Shown here one piece after another: positions 1-9,328 of a stretch of 49,724 nt of DNA. The first letter of the stretch is position 1, and every line of letters starts with the position of its first letter. Made by a program: the position numbers and the translations under genes. The notes below the pieces were generated by a model. That model searched no databases. It saw only the letters and a list, made by a program, of their open reading frames with translations, and was not told the origin of the DNA. The stretch is from Thermoproteota archaeon (lineage in GTDB: Archaea > Korarchaeota > Korarchaeia > Korarchaeales > Korarchaeaceae), in the NCBI GenBank assembly GCA_027491415.1, contig JAOZFH010000008.1:1-49724 (forward strand). The letters are read 5' to 3'.

Positions 1-13
1 GAGGGGCGGGGGA

Positions 14-1282
14 TCACTTCTTCCCGAAGAGCAGGTAGAACGGCAGGAAGAGGACGAAGGTCAGCGGGTTGGTCCCGTCGCAGATGCTTGAGATCAGAGT
101 CGCGCCCTCGGGAGCCTCGAATCCGGCTGTGATGGCCGCCTGAGTCACGTAGGGCGCCAGGAAGGTACCTATGTACATAGCGGGAATGAGAACTATGGCT
201 CCGATGATTACGGTGTGCACCACGTTGCCCTTTACGATCGGAACCAGCATGCAGACCATGAAGGGCAGTACAGCTAGGTCGGCGAGAGGTAGGAACTTGT
301 TGCCAGGCAGGATGAACGCCAAGCCTATGGTGATGGGTACCAGGATCAGGGCCGCAGCGATGGCGGTCGGATGGCCGATAGCGATGGCAGAGTCCAGCCC
401 GATATACATCTCCCGTCCGCCGTACTTCTCCTCCAGGATCTTCTTGCCGGCCTCAGAGATTGGGACTAGGCCCTCCATCAGTATAGCGACGACCTTTGGC
501 ATCAGGTACATAACGCCAGCCAGGGTCACACCAGTGTTCAGTATGCCAGCGATGTCCTGACCGGCGGCTATGGCCAGCAGGATGCCGATTATGAAGCCTA
601 TGACCATGGGCTCCCCTAAGACGCCCAGCCTCTCCCTGATGGCCTCGGGGTCTGCCTTGACGTCTCTCAGGGGTGGTATGGCGTCGATTAGCTTCTTAAT
701 TGGGATCCCTATTGGTACGTAAGCGGCAGAGAAGCCGTGGGGCAGCGAGATTCCGGGTATCCCGAGCATCTCTTGAACTCCTTCAGCCGTCCAGTCTCCC
801 AGCTTGAACACGATGATCGCGTTTATTGCCGAGGCGATCAGGCCGAGCGGGACGCTGTCGGTGGCCATGGTAACCAGGGAGCCGGTGAAGGCGAAGTGCC
901 AGTAGTTCCAGAAGTCGATGTCCATGGTCTTGGTCAGACCCAGGGCCAGCATGATGATGTTGATGATGAAGTCTATGGGAATCGTCAGGGCTCCCACGAT
1001 CGTGCCCCAGGCGATGGCAGCCGCTGCTGGCCAGCCCACGTCGATGACGGTCAGCTCTATACCAGTCCTCTGCACCATCGCCTGGGCGACGTCGCTCATG
1101 GTACCCCACAGCAGGCCGATAACCAGGTTGATACCCACGAAGCCGCAGGCGATGGTCAGCGCCGCCCTGAAGGCCTTGCTCGCTGGGATCTTGAAGGCTA
1201 GGCCCACTATGAAGAGGATTATCGGTATGGCGACGGTGGCCCCCAGCCCCAAGAACCATTGGACTGCTCCGACGATGTCCAT
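14..1282 (-). CDS. gatC: PTS system galactitol-family EIIC component
   Basis: Multi-TM protein with GatC-type motifs IDVGWPAAAAIAW, DIDFWNYWHFAF, LMEGLVPISE and YIGLDSA. Start moved to ATG 1282, which follows a GGTGAG SD-like element. Confidence 0.9.
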   Translation of the reverse strand: MDIVGAVQWFLGLGATVAIPIILFIVGLAFKIPASKAFRAALTIACGFVGINLVIGLLWGTMSDVAQAMVQRTGIELTVIDVGWPAAAAIAWGTIVGALTIPIDFIINIIMLALGLTKTMDIDFWNYWHFAFTGSLVTMATDSVPLGLIASAINAIIVFKLGDWTAEGVQEMLGIPGISLPHGFSAAYVPIGIPIKKLIDAIPPLRDVKADPEAIRERLGVLGEPMVIGFIIGILLAIAAGQDIAGILNTGVTLAGVMYLMPKVVAILMEGLVPISEAGKKILEEKYGGREMYIGLDSAIAIGHPTAIAAALILVPITIGLAFILPGNKFLPLADLAVLPFMVCMLVPIVKGNVVHTVIIGAIVLIPAMYIGTFLAPYVTQAAITAGFEAPEGATLISSICDGTNPLTFVLFLPFYLLFGKK

Positions 1283-1456
1283 CTCACACTCACCAGCCGT
1301 CTGCGCTCGACGGCTGACTACCACAATTTCGACTCTTACTAATAAAGTTAGCGATTGTTACAAAAAAGAAAGAGAAGCTCCTCGGCTCGCTGCCTCAAGG
1401 GGGATCCACAAGAGCGGTTTGGGCTGATTTGGGCAACTCAGAGCCTGTAAATTTTT

Positions 1457-1783
1457 TCATAGGTCTGCGGGAGGAGTTATCCCCACCGCCTCGAATATCT
1501 TCTTCAGAGCCTCCTTCTCCCCTATACCCGTCAGGAAAGGAACCCCATTAATCACGGGCTTACCCTTGGCCGCCTTCTCGGAGATTGGGGTGTTGGCGAC
1601 TATCACATCTGGATCGAAGACCTCGATCTTGCCCTGGACCTCGGAGGCCTTACACTGAACTATCGTGACGGGAATCTTCAGCTTGTCAAAGGCCTGCTTG
1701 ATCTTCCCCGCCACGACCGTGGCGGTAGCTATTGCTGTCCCGCAAGCGACGAGGATCTTGATGTCCCGGGGCTTCGTGCCCAT
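1457..1783 (-). CDS. gatB: PTS system galactitol-family EIIB component
   Basis: KILVACGTAIATATVV P-loop with the phospho-acceptor Cys, and a PFLTGIG C-terminal motif. Lies between EIIA and EIIC. Confidence 0.88.
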   Translation of the reverse strand: MGTKPRDIKILVACGTAIATATVVAGKIKQAFDKLKIPVTIVQCKASEVQGKIEVFDPDVIVANTPISEKAAKGKPVINGVPFLTGIGEKEALKKIFEAVGITPPADL

Positions 1784-1831
1784 AAACTCCCCCCGACGCC
1801 CGAGTGGCGACTACCATACTTAATAACCTTT

Positions 1832-2311
1832 CTAAGGCTCCTCCGACTCCTCGGAGGGCGAGAGCCTCTCTCTGAGGATCTGCGCGACTTCTCGCTCGGT
1901 ACGAGCTTTCGTTAGTAAGTCCATCACCCACGGATCCTTGAACACGTCAACGAGCCGCATCAGGGTCTTGATGTAGGAGCTGGGGTCCTTTATGGCCGGC
2001 ATGAACACGATCCGCACTGACACCTCGGACTCCGGGTCGTCCATTCTCCTAAAGGTGACGGGCCTCTTCAGCCTAGCGACCACTAGGGCCGGTTTGTTCA
2101 CGTGCTCGACGCCGGCGTGCGGGAGTGCCGCGTTGACTCCTCCGGCGAGTTCCAGCCCCGTCGGAACGCTCTTCTCTCTCTCAATGGTCGCTTTAACGAA
2201 CGTGTCCTTTACGTAACCCTTCTCCTCTAAAAGCTTACCCAACTTACGAATGACATCCTCTGAGGAGGAGGAGTCCATCTCTAGGACCACCAAGATGTCC
2301 ATGTCCCGCAT
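1832..2311 (-). CDS. gatA: PTS system EIIA component (fructose/mannitol/galactitol type)
   Basis: EREKSVPTGL...AALPHA with the phospho-acceptor His, and PVTFRRMDDP. Start uncertain (2341, 2311 or 2302). Confidence 0.88.
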   Translation of the reverse strand: MRDMDILVVLEMDSSSSEDVIRKLGKLLEEKGYVKDTFVKATIEREKSVPTGLELAGGVNAALPHAGVEHVNKPALVVARLKRPVTFRRMDDPESEVSVRIVFMPAIKDPSSYIKTLMRLVDVFKDPWVMDLLTKARTEREVAQILRERLSPSEESEEP

Positions 2312-2373
2312 GAGGGCGACCGCATACCCGGGTATGCACATTCTTTAAGTTTCTGGATACGACAAGTGGCCAG

Positions 2374-2826
2374 GTGGTCCCTTTGTCGATTAAGAAGCCG
2401 GAGGGTCCTCTCGAGTACGAGGCTGAGGCGGTGTGGAACGGCCGAATGGGCGGTGTCGTCACCCTGCCGAGAGGAGATCGGCTCCAAATTGACATGGCAA
2501 CCGAGTTTGGAGGGCTTAACGAGGCCCCCTCTCCGGACGACCTGTTCGCAGCCAGCCTGAGTGGATGCCTGCTAACGACGGCCGTCTGGTTCGCCAAGAA
2601 GATGGAGCTCAATATCACCGAGCTGGCGGTGAAGGTCAAGACGAAGAGCGAGCTCGTGCAGGGAGGCTTCAAGATAACCAGGATCTGGGTGACCATGAAG
2701 GTGGTGGGCCCCCCGAGAGAGAAGGCCGAGCGACTAGCCGATCTTGCGGAGCGGTACTGCCACCTGACTAGGACGCTCAGGGGCTGCGTCGACATCGAGT
2801 TCGCCTTGGAGTATGGTGGAGGGTAA
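2374..2826 (+). CDS. OsmC/Ohr family protein
   Basis: EFGG...PSPDDLFAASLSGCL and AERYCHL carry the two conserved Cys. Confidence 0.8.
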   Translation: MVPLSIKKPEGPLEYEAEAVWNGRMGGVVTLPRGDRLQIDMATEFGGLNEAPSPDDLFAASLSGCLLTTAVWFAKKMELNITELAVKVKTKSELVQGGFKITRIWVTMKVVGPPREKAERLADLAERYCHLTRTLRGCVDIEFALEYGGG

Positions 2827-3187
2827 CCAGTTGCGGCTCAAGGTCGGTCGGTGGGAGAAAGTCCCTGAGGAGGTGGTCTCCTCGGCGAAGGGGCTCTACC
2901 GAAGGTGGCTCATAACCCCGAGGGACGGAGCCCCGAACTTCGCCATGAGGCTCTTCAGGATGGTTCCCGGTGGGGAAACTCCTCCGCACTCGCACGACTG
3001 GGAGCACGAGGTCTTCATACTCTCCGGCAGGGGGAGGGCTACCCTCGACGGGGAGGAGTACGAGCTGAGCTCTGGCACATTTCTGTTCATTCCCGGCGGG
3101 GTCGAACACGCATTCCAAAACGACGGCAGGGAAGACCTGGTGTTCCTCTGCCTGGTCCCGGCGAGCGCCGTCCCGCCGGGCAAGTGA
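2813..3187 (+). CDS. Cupin domain protein
   Basis: GAPNFAMRLF...PPHSHDWEHEVFILSG...PGGVEH cupin metal motifs. True start may be TTG 2831. Confidence 0.85.
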   Translation: MVEGNQLRLKVGRWEKVPEEVVSSAKGLYRRWLITPRDGAPNFAMRLFRMVPGGETPPHSHDWEHEVFILSGRGRATLDGEEYELSSGTFLFIPGGVEHAFQNDGREDLVFLCLVPASAVPPGK

Positions 3188-3195
3188 ATCCTCTT

Positions 3196-4374
3196 TTAGG
3201 GCCGAGAGTAGACCAAGACGGCGGCGTCCACGCCGCCATACCTCACGGCCCTCCTCTCCTCAAGCCTGAGCGCGCTCATGGCCCTCTCGAACTTAGGCAA
3301 AGCGGGGCCGCCGAGTATGGCGGAGGCCTTCAGCTCGAGCTTTTCCGCCAGCGCCCTAGCCATCCCCCTGAACGCTGCCTCGATGTCCCTCCTCCGACCG
3401 GTCCTGAGTTCGTACGGCGGGTTGGTTGACAGGGCGCCAATCCTATCCACCCGCTCAGGCAGGAACTCCGCGCTGAACACGGAGAACGTTATGGAGTCCT
3501 GCACCCCAGCCGAGACCGCGTTTCTCGCGGCGCCCGCGACGTGCTTCGGGCTCACGTCGGATGCGAGGATTGCCGGTCGAAAGTACGGCCTCGCCCCGGC
3601 GTCCACCCGGTCTAGTATCTCTTCGACCGGGAGGTCGCGGAACGGCTTTAGAAGTCTGAAGGGCCAGCCCTCTGCCCTCCTCCACGTGCCCGGAGGGATT
3701 CTCTTGGCCGCCAGAGCCGCCTCTATCGGGATGGTCCCACCTCCGCACATCGGGTCGATGAGGGGCGACGACGGGTCCCTCTCTACCTCGGCGAGCCAGC
3801 CGGTCAGCCTGACCAGGGAGTACGCGACCACCGGGCTGAGGGAGGCGGGGTGCTGGTACACCCTGTACCCGCGCTTGTGGAGGCTCTCCCCGACGAGGTC
3901 TATACCGAGCAAGAGCACGCTGCCGGAGACGTAGGCCCTGACGGTTACGTCCGGGCTCTTCAGGTTGGCCCTTATTCTCTCCCCGCTACGCCGGAGGAAG
4001 TGGTCCACCACGGCGGCCCCAACCTCCGCGGCTATCTCCGGGCTCCTGTATGCGTGTTTCCCCGCCCGCTCCGCCCTGACCGCGAACGTCACGTTGGGGT
4101 CGAAGTAGTCTGACCACTCCACCCATCCGGCCATCTCGCCGACCGACGCCAGGTCGCTCGGGTCGACCTTCCCCTCCCCAACTAGGAGGAGTATCCTGTT
4201 GGCCGACCGTATACCGTACACCAGTTCAACCGCCTTCTCGGGTTCTGCGAGGAACCGCACCTTTCCGGGAACGACCGGCCGCGCCGCCCCGCCTATCAGC
4301 TCCTCGATCTCGCTCCTCACCACATCCTCGAGACCCGGAAGGGTGACGGCAAGATACTCGTGCTGGCGTCCCAC
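3196..4374 (-). CDS. trm14: THUMP-domain tRNA (guanine-N2) methyltransferase, Trm14/TrmN-like
   Basis: N-terminal THUMP region (TFAVRAERAGKH), SLHKRGYRVYQHPASL, SAM motif DPMCGGGTIPIEAA and NPPY. Confidence 0.82.
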   Translation of the reverse strand: MGRQHEYLAVTLPGLEDVVRSEIEELIGGAARPVVPGKVRFLAEPEKAVELVYGIRSANRILLLVGEGKVDPSDLASVGEMAGWVEWSDYFDPNVTFAVRAERAGKHAYRSPEIAAEVGAAVVDHFLRRSGERIRANLKSPDVTVRAYVSGSVLLLGIDLVGESLHKRGYRVYQHPASLSPVVAYSLVRLTGWLAEVERDPSSPLIDPMCGGGTIPIEAALAAKRIPPGTWRRAEGWPFRLLKPFRDLPVEEILDRVDAGARPYFRPAILASDVSPKHVAGAARNAVSAGVQDSITFSVFSAEFLPERVDRIGALSTNPPYELRTGRRRDIEAAFRGMARALAEKLELKASAILGGPALPKFERAMSALRLEERRAVRYGGVDAAVLVYSRP

Positions 4375-4399
4375 GCGACGACCCCCCGCCGTTCGGCCG

Positions 4400-6160
4400 C
4401 TACATCCTGGCGGCCTCCTCGAGGTCCTTCATGAGGACGGCCCTCTCGTAGGCCTTGACGACATCGGTTCTCGTCAGTATGCCCACGAGCCTCCCGTCCT
4501 CGACGACGGGAAGCCTCCCCACGTCGCACCTCAGCATCTTCAGGAGCGCGTCGTGCACGGACATGGCCGGGGTGACGGTGACCGGCTGCCTGTTCATCAC
4601 GTCCCTCACCCTAACGCGATCCCACTGGCTCGGGTGAATCCTCCTCAAGTCGGCGAAGGCCACCATGCCCACGAGCTTACCCTCCGGGTCCACGACCGGG
4701 AACCCCATGTGATGGGTCCTGAGCATGATCTCGTGGAGTTCCCCCAGCGTTATGTCCGGCTGGACGGTCACGACCTCCCTGACCATGGCGTCGGAGACCC
4801 TCAGCCTGTCCAGCACCTCGAGGCCGACTACGGGAACTCGCTTTCCCCTCTCCTCGATGCGTCTGGTGTAGATCGTGCTCTCCATCAGAATTAGGGAGAG
4901 GAAGTAAGCGGTCGAGCACGAGGCGAGGAGAGATGGGATCAGCTTGTAGTTCCTCCCCAGCTCGGTTATGATCACCACGGCCGTGAGCGGGGCCCTGGCG
5001 GCAGCGGCAAAGGTGGCGGCCATTCCGGCGAGTGCGAACATCTCGGGCGTGCGGAAAACCCCTGGAGAGATCGCGTGGAGTACCTTACCAACCAACGCCC
5101 CGGAGGTAGCTCCGATGAAGAGCGTCGGAGTGAATATCCCGCCCGACCCGCCTGATCCCACGGAAAAAGAGGTTGCGAGTATCTTGACGGCCGTCAGCGT
5201 GAGCAGGAGGTGGAGGGTCCCCTCTCCGGAGAGGATTCTATTAAGACCGTCGAAACCCGGCCCCATGACACCCCATCCCAGACTCCAAAAGGCGAGCAGG
5301 CCACTTAGCAGACCGCCTAGGGCTGGTTTCAGCCACGCGGGGGCGGCCCACGCCTCAAACCGATCCTCAACCTCATAGAGTGTGTCAACCCAGACCCTGG
5401 CCACGGCGGCCGAGAGGGCCCCGAGCGCCAGCAGGGCGACTACCTCCACGGGGTGCGGAAACGGGATGTGCGCCGGTATCAGGATCACCGGCATGGACTT
5501 TCTCAGCGTCCAGGAGACTGAAACCGCGGATATCGACGCTACAAACGCTGGAATGAGTTCAACCGAGTATACTGCCCCCAAGAGTATCTCTAGGCCGAAG
5601 AGAACCCCTCCCAGGGGAGCGTCGAAGGCGGCCGCTATCCCGGCGGAGAGCCCGGCAATCAGGAGGAGCTTCCTCGGCCTGACCGGCACCTTGAGGACCT
5701 CGGCCGCAAAGGAACCCAGACCCGCCCCGACCTGGCCTATCGGGCCCTCCCTGCCAGCGCTTCCGCCGAGACCGATCAGGGCCCCGGACGCGAGTATCCT
5801 CGCCACCGGAACTCTAGGGGATATCCTGCCCTCTTTGAACAGGAAGGCCTCGAGGACGTTTGGAATCCCGTGACCCCTGACGTCGGGCGCGATCTTCCAC
5901 GCGATCACACCGGAGATCAGCCCGCCCGCCGCGGGGGCGAGGATCAACCCCAGGTCGATGAACCCCAGGGTTAACTCCCCCTCAGTCACTTCCAAGAATT
6001 CTCTGAAGATCTCTATGGACTTGTCCAGCGCCACGGCGGAGAGGCCCGATATCGCTCCGATCGCAACGGCGGATAGCTCCAGTTTCCCGTAGCGCCTGGT
6101 GAGTCCAGCGATTCGCCGCCAGAACACCTGCCTCCTTATCTCCCTGTGAGGCTCTAACAT
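4400..6160 (-). CDS. CLC family chloride channel/H+ antiporter with C-terminal CBS pair
   Basis: GHGIP, GSAGREGP and GGIFTPTLFIG signature motifs, followed by two CBS domains. Confidence 0.92.
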   Translation of the reverse strand: MLEPHREIRRQVFWRRIAGLTRRYGKLELSAVAIGAISGLSAVALDKSIEIFREFLEVTEGELTLGFIDLGLILAPAAGGLISGVIAWKIAPDVRGHGIPNVLEAFLFKEGRISPRVPVARILASGALIGLGGSAGREGPIGQVGAGLGSFAAEVLKVPVRPRKLLLIAGLSAGIAAAFDAPLGGVLFGLEILLGAVYSVELIPAFVASISAVSVSWTLRKSMPVILIPAHIPFPHPVEVVALLALGALSAAVARVWVDTLYEVEDRFEAWAAPAWLKPALGGLLSGLLAFWSLGWGVMGPGFDGLNRILSGEGTLHLLLTLTAVKILATSFSVGSGGSGGIFTPTLFIGATSGALVGKVLHAISPGVFRTPEMFALAGMAATFAAAARAPLTAVVIITELGRNYKLIPSLLASCSTAYFLSLILMESTIYTRRIEERGKRVPVVGLEVLDRLRVSDAMVREVVTVQPDITLGELHEIMLRTHHMGFPVVDPEGKLVGMVAFADLRRIHPSQWDRVRVRDVMNRQPVTVTPAMSVHDALLKMLRCDVGRLPVVEDGRLVGILTRTDVVKAYERAVLMKDLEEAARM

Positions 6161-6243
6161 CGACCGCGTCCCTCTCGCCTCGACAGACCTGTCGGCTTTC
6201 GCCTATCAGGCCCTTAATTATTGCTCCCCCACTCAACGACCTG

Positions 6244-7395
6244 ATGGGCGTCAGAGTCCCGATCTCCAGGCCGCTGCTCGGAGCAGAAGAAGTGAAGGAG
6301 GTGGAGCTTGTCCTCAAGAGCGGAATGCTGGCGCAAGGGAAGAGGGTGAAAGAGCTGGAAGACGGGTTTGCCGAGTACGTGGGCGCTAGGCACGGCATCG
6401 CAGTGTCCAACGGGACGCTCGCCCTCCTAGTGGCCCTTCAGGCCATGGGGATTGGGCCGGGGGACGAGGTCATCACGACCCCCCTCTCGTTCTTCGCGAC
6501 GGCCTCGACCATTCTCATGACGGGCGCCGTCCCCGTATTCGTTGACATTGACCCGGAGACCTACAACCTCGATCCCGGGCGGGTGGAGGAGGTCCTGTCG
6601 GATCGCACCCGGGCGATAGTTCCGGTCCACCTCTTCGGTCACCCTGTCGACATGGACCCCCTGCTGAAGATAGCTCGGGAGAGGGATCTGCTGATTCTCG
6701 AGGACGCCGCGCAGGCCCACGGAGCTGAGTACAGGGGGAGGAGGGTCGGATCCATCGGCCACGCGGCAGCGTTCAGCTTCTACCCGACGAAGAACATGAC
6801 GACCGCCGAGGGTGGGATGATAACGACGAGCGACGACCGGCTGGCAGAGAGGTGTAGGCTCCTCAGAGACCACGGGCAGGAGTCAAAGTACGTTCACATC
6901 ATGCTCGGAATGAACTGCAGGATGACGGATCTCCAGGCGGCCATAGGGATAGTGCAGCTGAAAAAGCTGGATAGCATGAATGAGAGAAGGCGGGAGATAG
7001 CCAGAACGTACGTAGACGAGCTCGGTGGGCTCGAAGGGATCGAAATGCCAGTTGAACGCCCCTGGGCGAGGCACTCCTGGCACCTCTTTGCGGTCAAGGT
7101 CACCGGCCCGTCGAGGGACAGGCTGGTGGGAGCGCTTCGCGATCGGGGAGTGGATGCCAGGCCGAGTTATCCCATGCCGATATACGAACAGCCGGTGATG
7201 AAGAAGCTGGGGATCAGGGAGTTCGACCCGCTGTGGTTCGCGAGGTCGGGGAGGGGGTTCAAGAGGACAGAGTGCCCGAACGCGGAGAGGCTCGTCGATC
7301 AGCTCCTCCTCCTCCCCATCCATCCCGGAATGAGCGACGAGGACGTCCAACTCGTCACGAGAGCGGTTAAGGAGGCCCTGAGGGAGGTCAGCTGA
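6244..7395 (+). CDS. DegT/DnrJ/EryC1/StrS family PLP-dependent sugar aminotransferase
   Basis: VSNGTLAL, EDAAQAHG and FSFYPTKNMTTAEGG (PLP Lys). Confidence 0.92.
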   Translation: MGVRVPISRPLLGAEEVKEVELVLKSGMLAQGKRVKELEDGFAEYVGARHGIAVSNGTLALLVALQAMGIGPGDEVITTPLSFFATASTILMTGAVPVFVDIDPETYNLDPGRVEEVLSDRTRAIVPVHLFGHPVDMDPLLKIARERDLLILEDAAQAHGAEYRGRRVGSIGHAAAFSFYPTKNMTTAEGGMITTSDDRLAERCRLLRDHGQESKYVHIMLGMNCRMTDLQAAIGIVQLKKLDSMNERRREIARTYVDELGGLEGIEMPVERPWARHSWHLFAVKVTGPSRDRLVGALRDRGVDARPSYPMPIYEQPVMKKLGIREFDPLWFARSGRGFKRTECPNAERLVDQLLLLPIHPGMSDEDVQLVTRAVKEALREVS

Positions 7396-7888
7396 CCCAC
7401 CTGCTCAGGGCCGCCCTGAGAACTTTGGATAAGGGGACCCCGACCAGAACTCCAGCCGCCGCCTGAAAGAGGTTCCCGGGCAGTTCCGCGACCGCCGCCC
7501 CCGGTCCCAGCAGAACGGCCTCCACGGTGAAGTAGCCCAGCACCATCTCGGCCACCGCGACGGTCGCGCCTGCGATCTCCGCCAACCTCCCCCGGCCCGA
7601 GACCAAGCCGGCTAGGGCGCCCTCAACTCCCTTGATGGCCAGAGTGTAGGGGGCGTAGTGAGCGTATCCAGACAGCAGGTCGGCGAGGGCCGAGCCGACT
7701 CCTCCGCAGAACGCCCCCACCGTGGGACCGAGAGCCAGTCCCAGGGCGATCACCACGGTGTCGCCCAAGTTTATGTATCCCTGAGTCGCCGGAACCGGGA
7801 TCTGCACTACTAGGGTGGTTGCTGCCACGAGGGCGGCGCCCATACCTGCGAAGGCGGCCCAGACGGACCCGTTCCTCGGCCCGGCCAT
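7388..7888 (-). CDS. ECF transporter S-component (COG4720-like)
   Basis: IPVPATQGYINLGD...GGVGSALADLLSGY...TLAIKG in a small multi-TM protein. Only the C-terminal 166 aa of the 456-aa ORF is credible; start ATG 7888. Confidence 0.8.
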   Translation of the reverse strand: MAGPRNGSVWAAFAGMGAALVAATTLVVQIPVPATQGYINLGDTVVIALGLALGPTVGAFCGGVGSALADLLSGYAHYAPYTLAIKGVEGALAGLVSGRGRLAEIAGATVAVAEMVLGYFTVEAVLLGPGAAVAELPGNLFQAAAGVLVGVPLSKVLRAALSRWVS

Positions 7889-7905
7889 CGCGAGCACCGA
7901 GGATG

Positions 7906-7944
7906 TATAAGTCAGCATTCTTATATTTGAGTCAGAAAGCTTAT
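7906..7944. promoter_or_regulatory. Compact divergent promoter region with back-to-back TATA-like boxes and a direct repeat
   Basis: TATAAG-N8-CTTATA inverted repeat at 7906-7925. AGTCAGnAnnCTTAT occurs at 7910 and again at 7930. Confidence 0.5.
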
Positions 7945-9328
7945 GTATCGGACTATGATGAAGTGGCTGGCCCGCTGCCCCGGGTGTGGGCTGAGCCGCG
8001 AGCTGATTCAGGTGACGCCTACCTGCCCAAAGTGCGGTACCCCCCTCCTTCTCCTGCCAGACCTCCAAGAGCTGCGGAACAGGGTGACCCCCGACGTCTT
8101 GGCCAACAGGGTTGCGGGAGTCTGGAGATACAGGGAACTCCTGCCGGTCTCTCGGGATCCCGTCACGCTCGGAGAGGGTGGAACCAGGCTCCACGCGTGC
8201 AGGAGGCTCGGGAGGGAGGCGGATCTGCGCGGCCTCCTGGTGAAGGACGAGACGAAGAACCCCACAGGCTGCTTCATAGACAGGGGGTCCACGGTGCTGG
8301 TGTCTCGAATAGTTGAAGAGGGATACCAGGGCGTCTACGGAACTGTCAAGGGAAACCTTGGGGCCTCTCTCGCTGCCTACTCGGCTAGGGCGGGGGTGGG
8401 GTGCGCGGTGAGGGTGGACGGGCCGACCGACCCGGCGAAGCTCTATCAGATGATTGCCTACGGGGCTGCAGTCTCCCCACCAGACGGCCGAATGGAGGCT
8501 CCAGAGCGATACTACAACGTCTTGAACTCTGATCCCCTCCTCGTGGAGGGCGAGAAGACGATATCGCTGGAGGTGCTGGAGTCTCTGGGGTGGGAGGAGC
8601 CTGACGCGATCGTCGTGCCCGTGGGTAGCGGCTCCCTCATGACCGCGGTCTGGAAGGGAATCACGGAGGCCAGGGAGCTGGGGCTCGTGCGGTCGGAGGG
8701 CGTCCGACTCTACGGGGTGAGACCGGGTGAGGAGAGCGCCGTCGCCCTGGATCTCCACTTTCCTGAGCCAGACCGCTTGGACCAGGCTAGTGAGGCTGTC
8801 AGGGAGAGCGGCGGGGACTTGATCACGGTCGGAGACGAGGAGATGCTGGAGGCCTCGAGGAAGCTCGCCCGCGCCGAGGGGATATTCGCCGAACCCGCCG
8901 CGGCCTCCACGCTGGCGGCCGCGGAGAGGCTGAGGGTAGAGGGAGAGATCTCTCCCTCAGACACGGTCGTCCTCATAGTGACCGGGTCCGGGCTGAAGGA
9001 CCCCACCGCCGCCGTCAGGGAACTTGAGAGGCTCCACTTAACCGACGCCTACGTGAAGGGGGAGCGCGTTGGCAGGCCGCTCGGGAGGACGAAGACGGCG
9101 ATCCTGAGGATACTGACCTCTGGTAAGATGCACGGGTACGAGATCTGGAGGAGGCTGAAGGGATCCGGCGTGGAGATCTCGCTTCCGGCAGTTTACCAGC
9201 ACCTCAAGTCACTAGAGGAGATGGGCGCGATTGCCAGGGTACAGACGGTATCAAAGAATGGGAGGTCTCGCGTGGTCTACTCAATAACCCCGAGAGGCAG
9301 GCTCCTCCTGTCGACCGTGGAGGGATGA
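7943..9328 (+). CDS. Threonine synthase-like (fold-type II PLP) protein lacking the catalytic Lys, fused to C-terminal PadR/ArsR-like wHTH
   Basis: N-terminal CxxC...CxxC ribbon, WRYRELLP, TLGEGGT, NPTGCFIDRG (canonical NPTGSFKDRG), VPVGSG, EGIFAEPAAA and TGSGLKD. C-terminal MHGYEIWRRL...SLPAVYQHLKSLE...YSITPRG. Confidence 0.85.
   Translation: MYRTMMKWLARCPGCGLSRELIQVTPTCPKCGTPLLLLPDLQELRNRVTPDVLANRVAGVWRYRELLPVSRDPVTLGEGGTRLHACRRLGREADLRGLLVKDETKNPTGCFIDRGSTVLVSRIVEEGYQGVYGTVKGNLGASLAAYSARAGVGCAVRVDGPTDPAKLYQMIAYGAAVSPPDGRMEAPERYYNVLNSDPLLVEGEKTISLEVLESLGWEEPDAIVVPVGSGSLMTAVWKGITEARELGLVRSEGVRLYGVRPGEESAVALDLHFPEPDRLDQASEAVRESGGDLITVGDEEMLEASRKLARAEGIFAEPAAASTLAAAERLRVEGEISPSDTVVLIVTGSGLKDPTAAVRELERLHLTDAYVKGERVGRPLGRTKTAILRILTSGKMHGYEIWRRLKGSGVEISLPAVYQHLKSLEEMGAIARVQTVSKNGRSRVVYSITPRGRLLLSTVEG

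Noticed and set aside
6161-6243. Fluoride riboswitch upstream of the CLC gene
   Set aside because: No GGCGAUGG..UGAUG-type consensus; the CLC has GHGIP/GREGP motifs plus CBS domains, typical of Cl- rather than F- exporters.
7889-8758. N-terminal ~290 aa of the 456-aa minus-strand ORF
   Set aside because: Antisense to the threonine-synthase-like gene; only the S-component part from ATG 7888 looks like a real protein.
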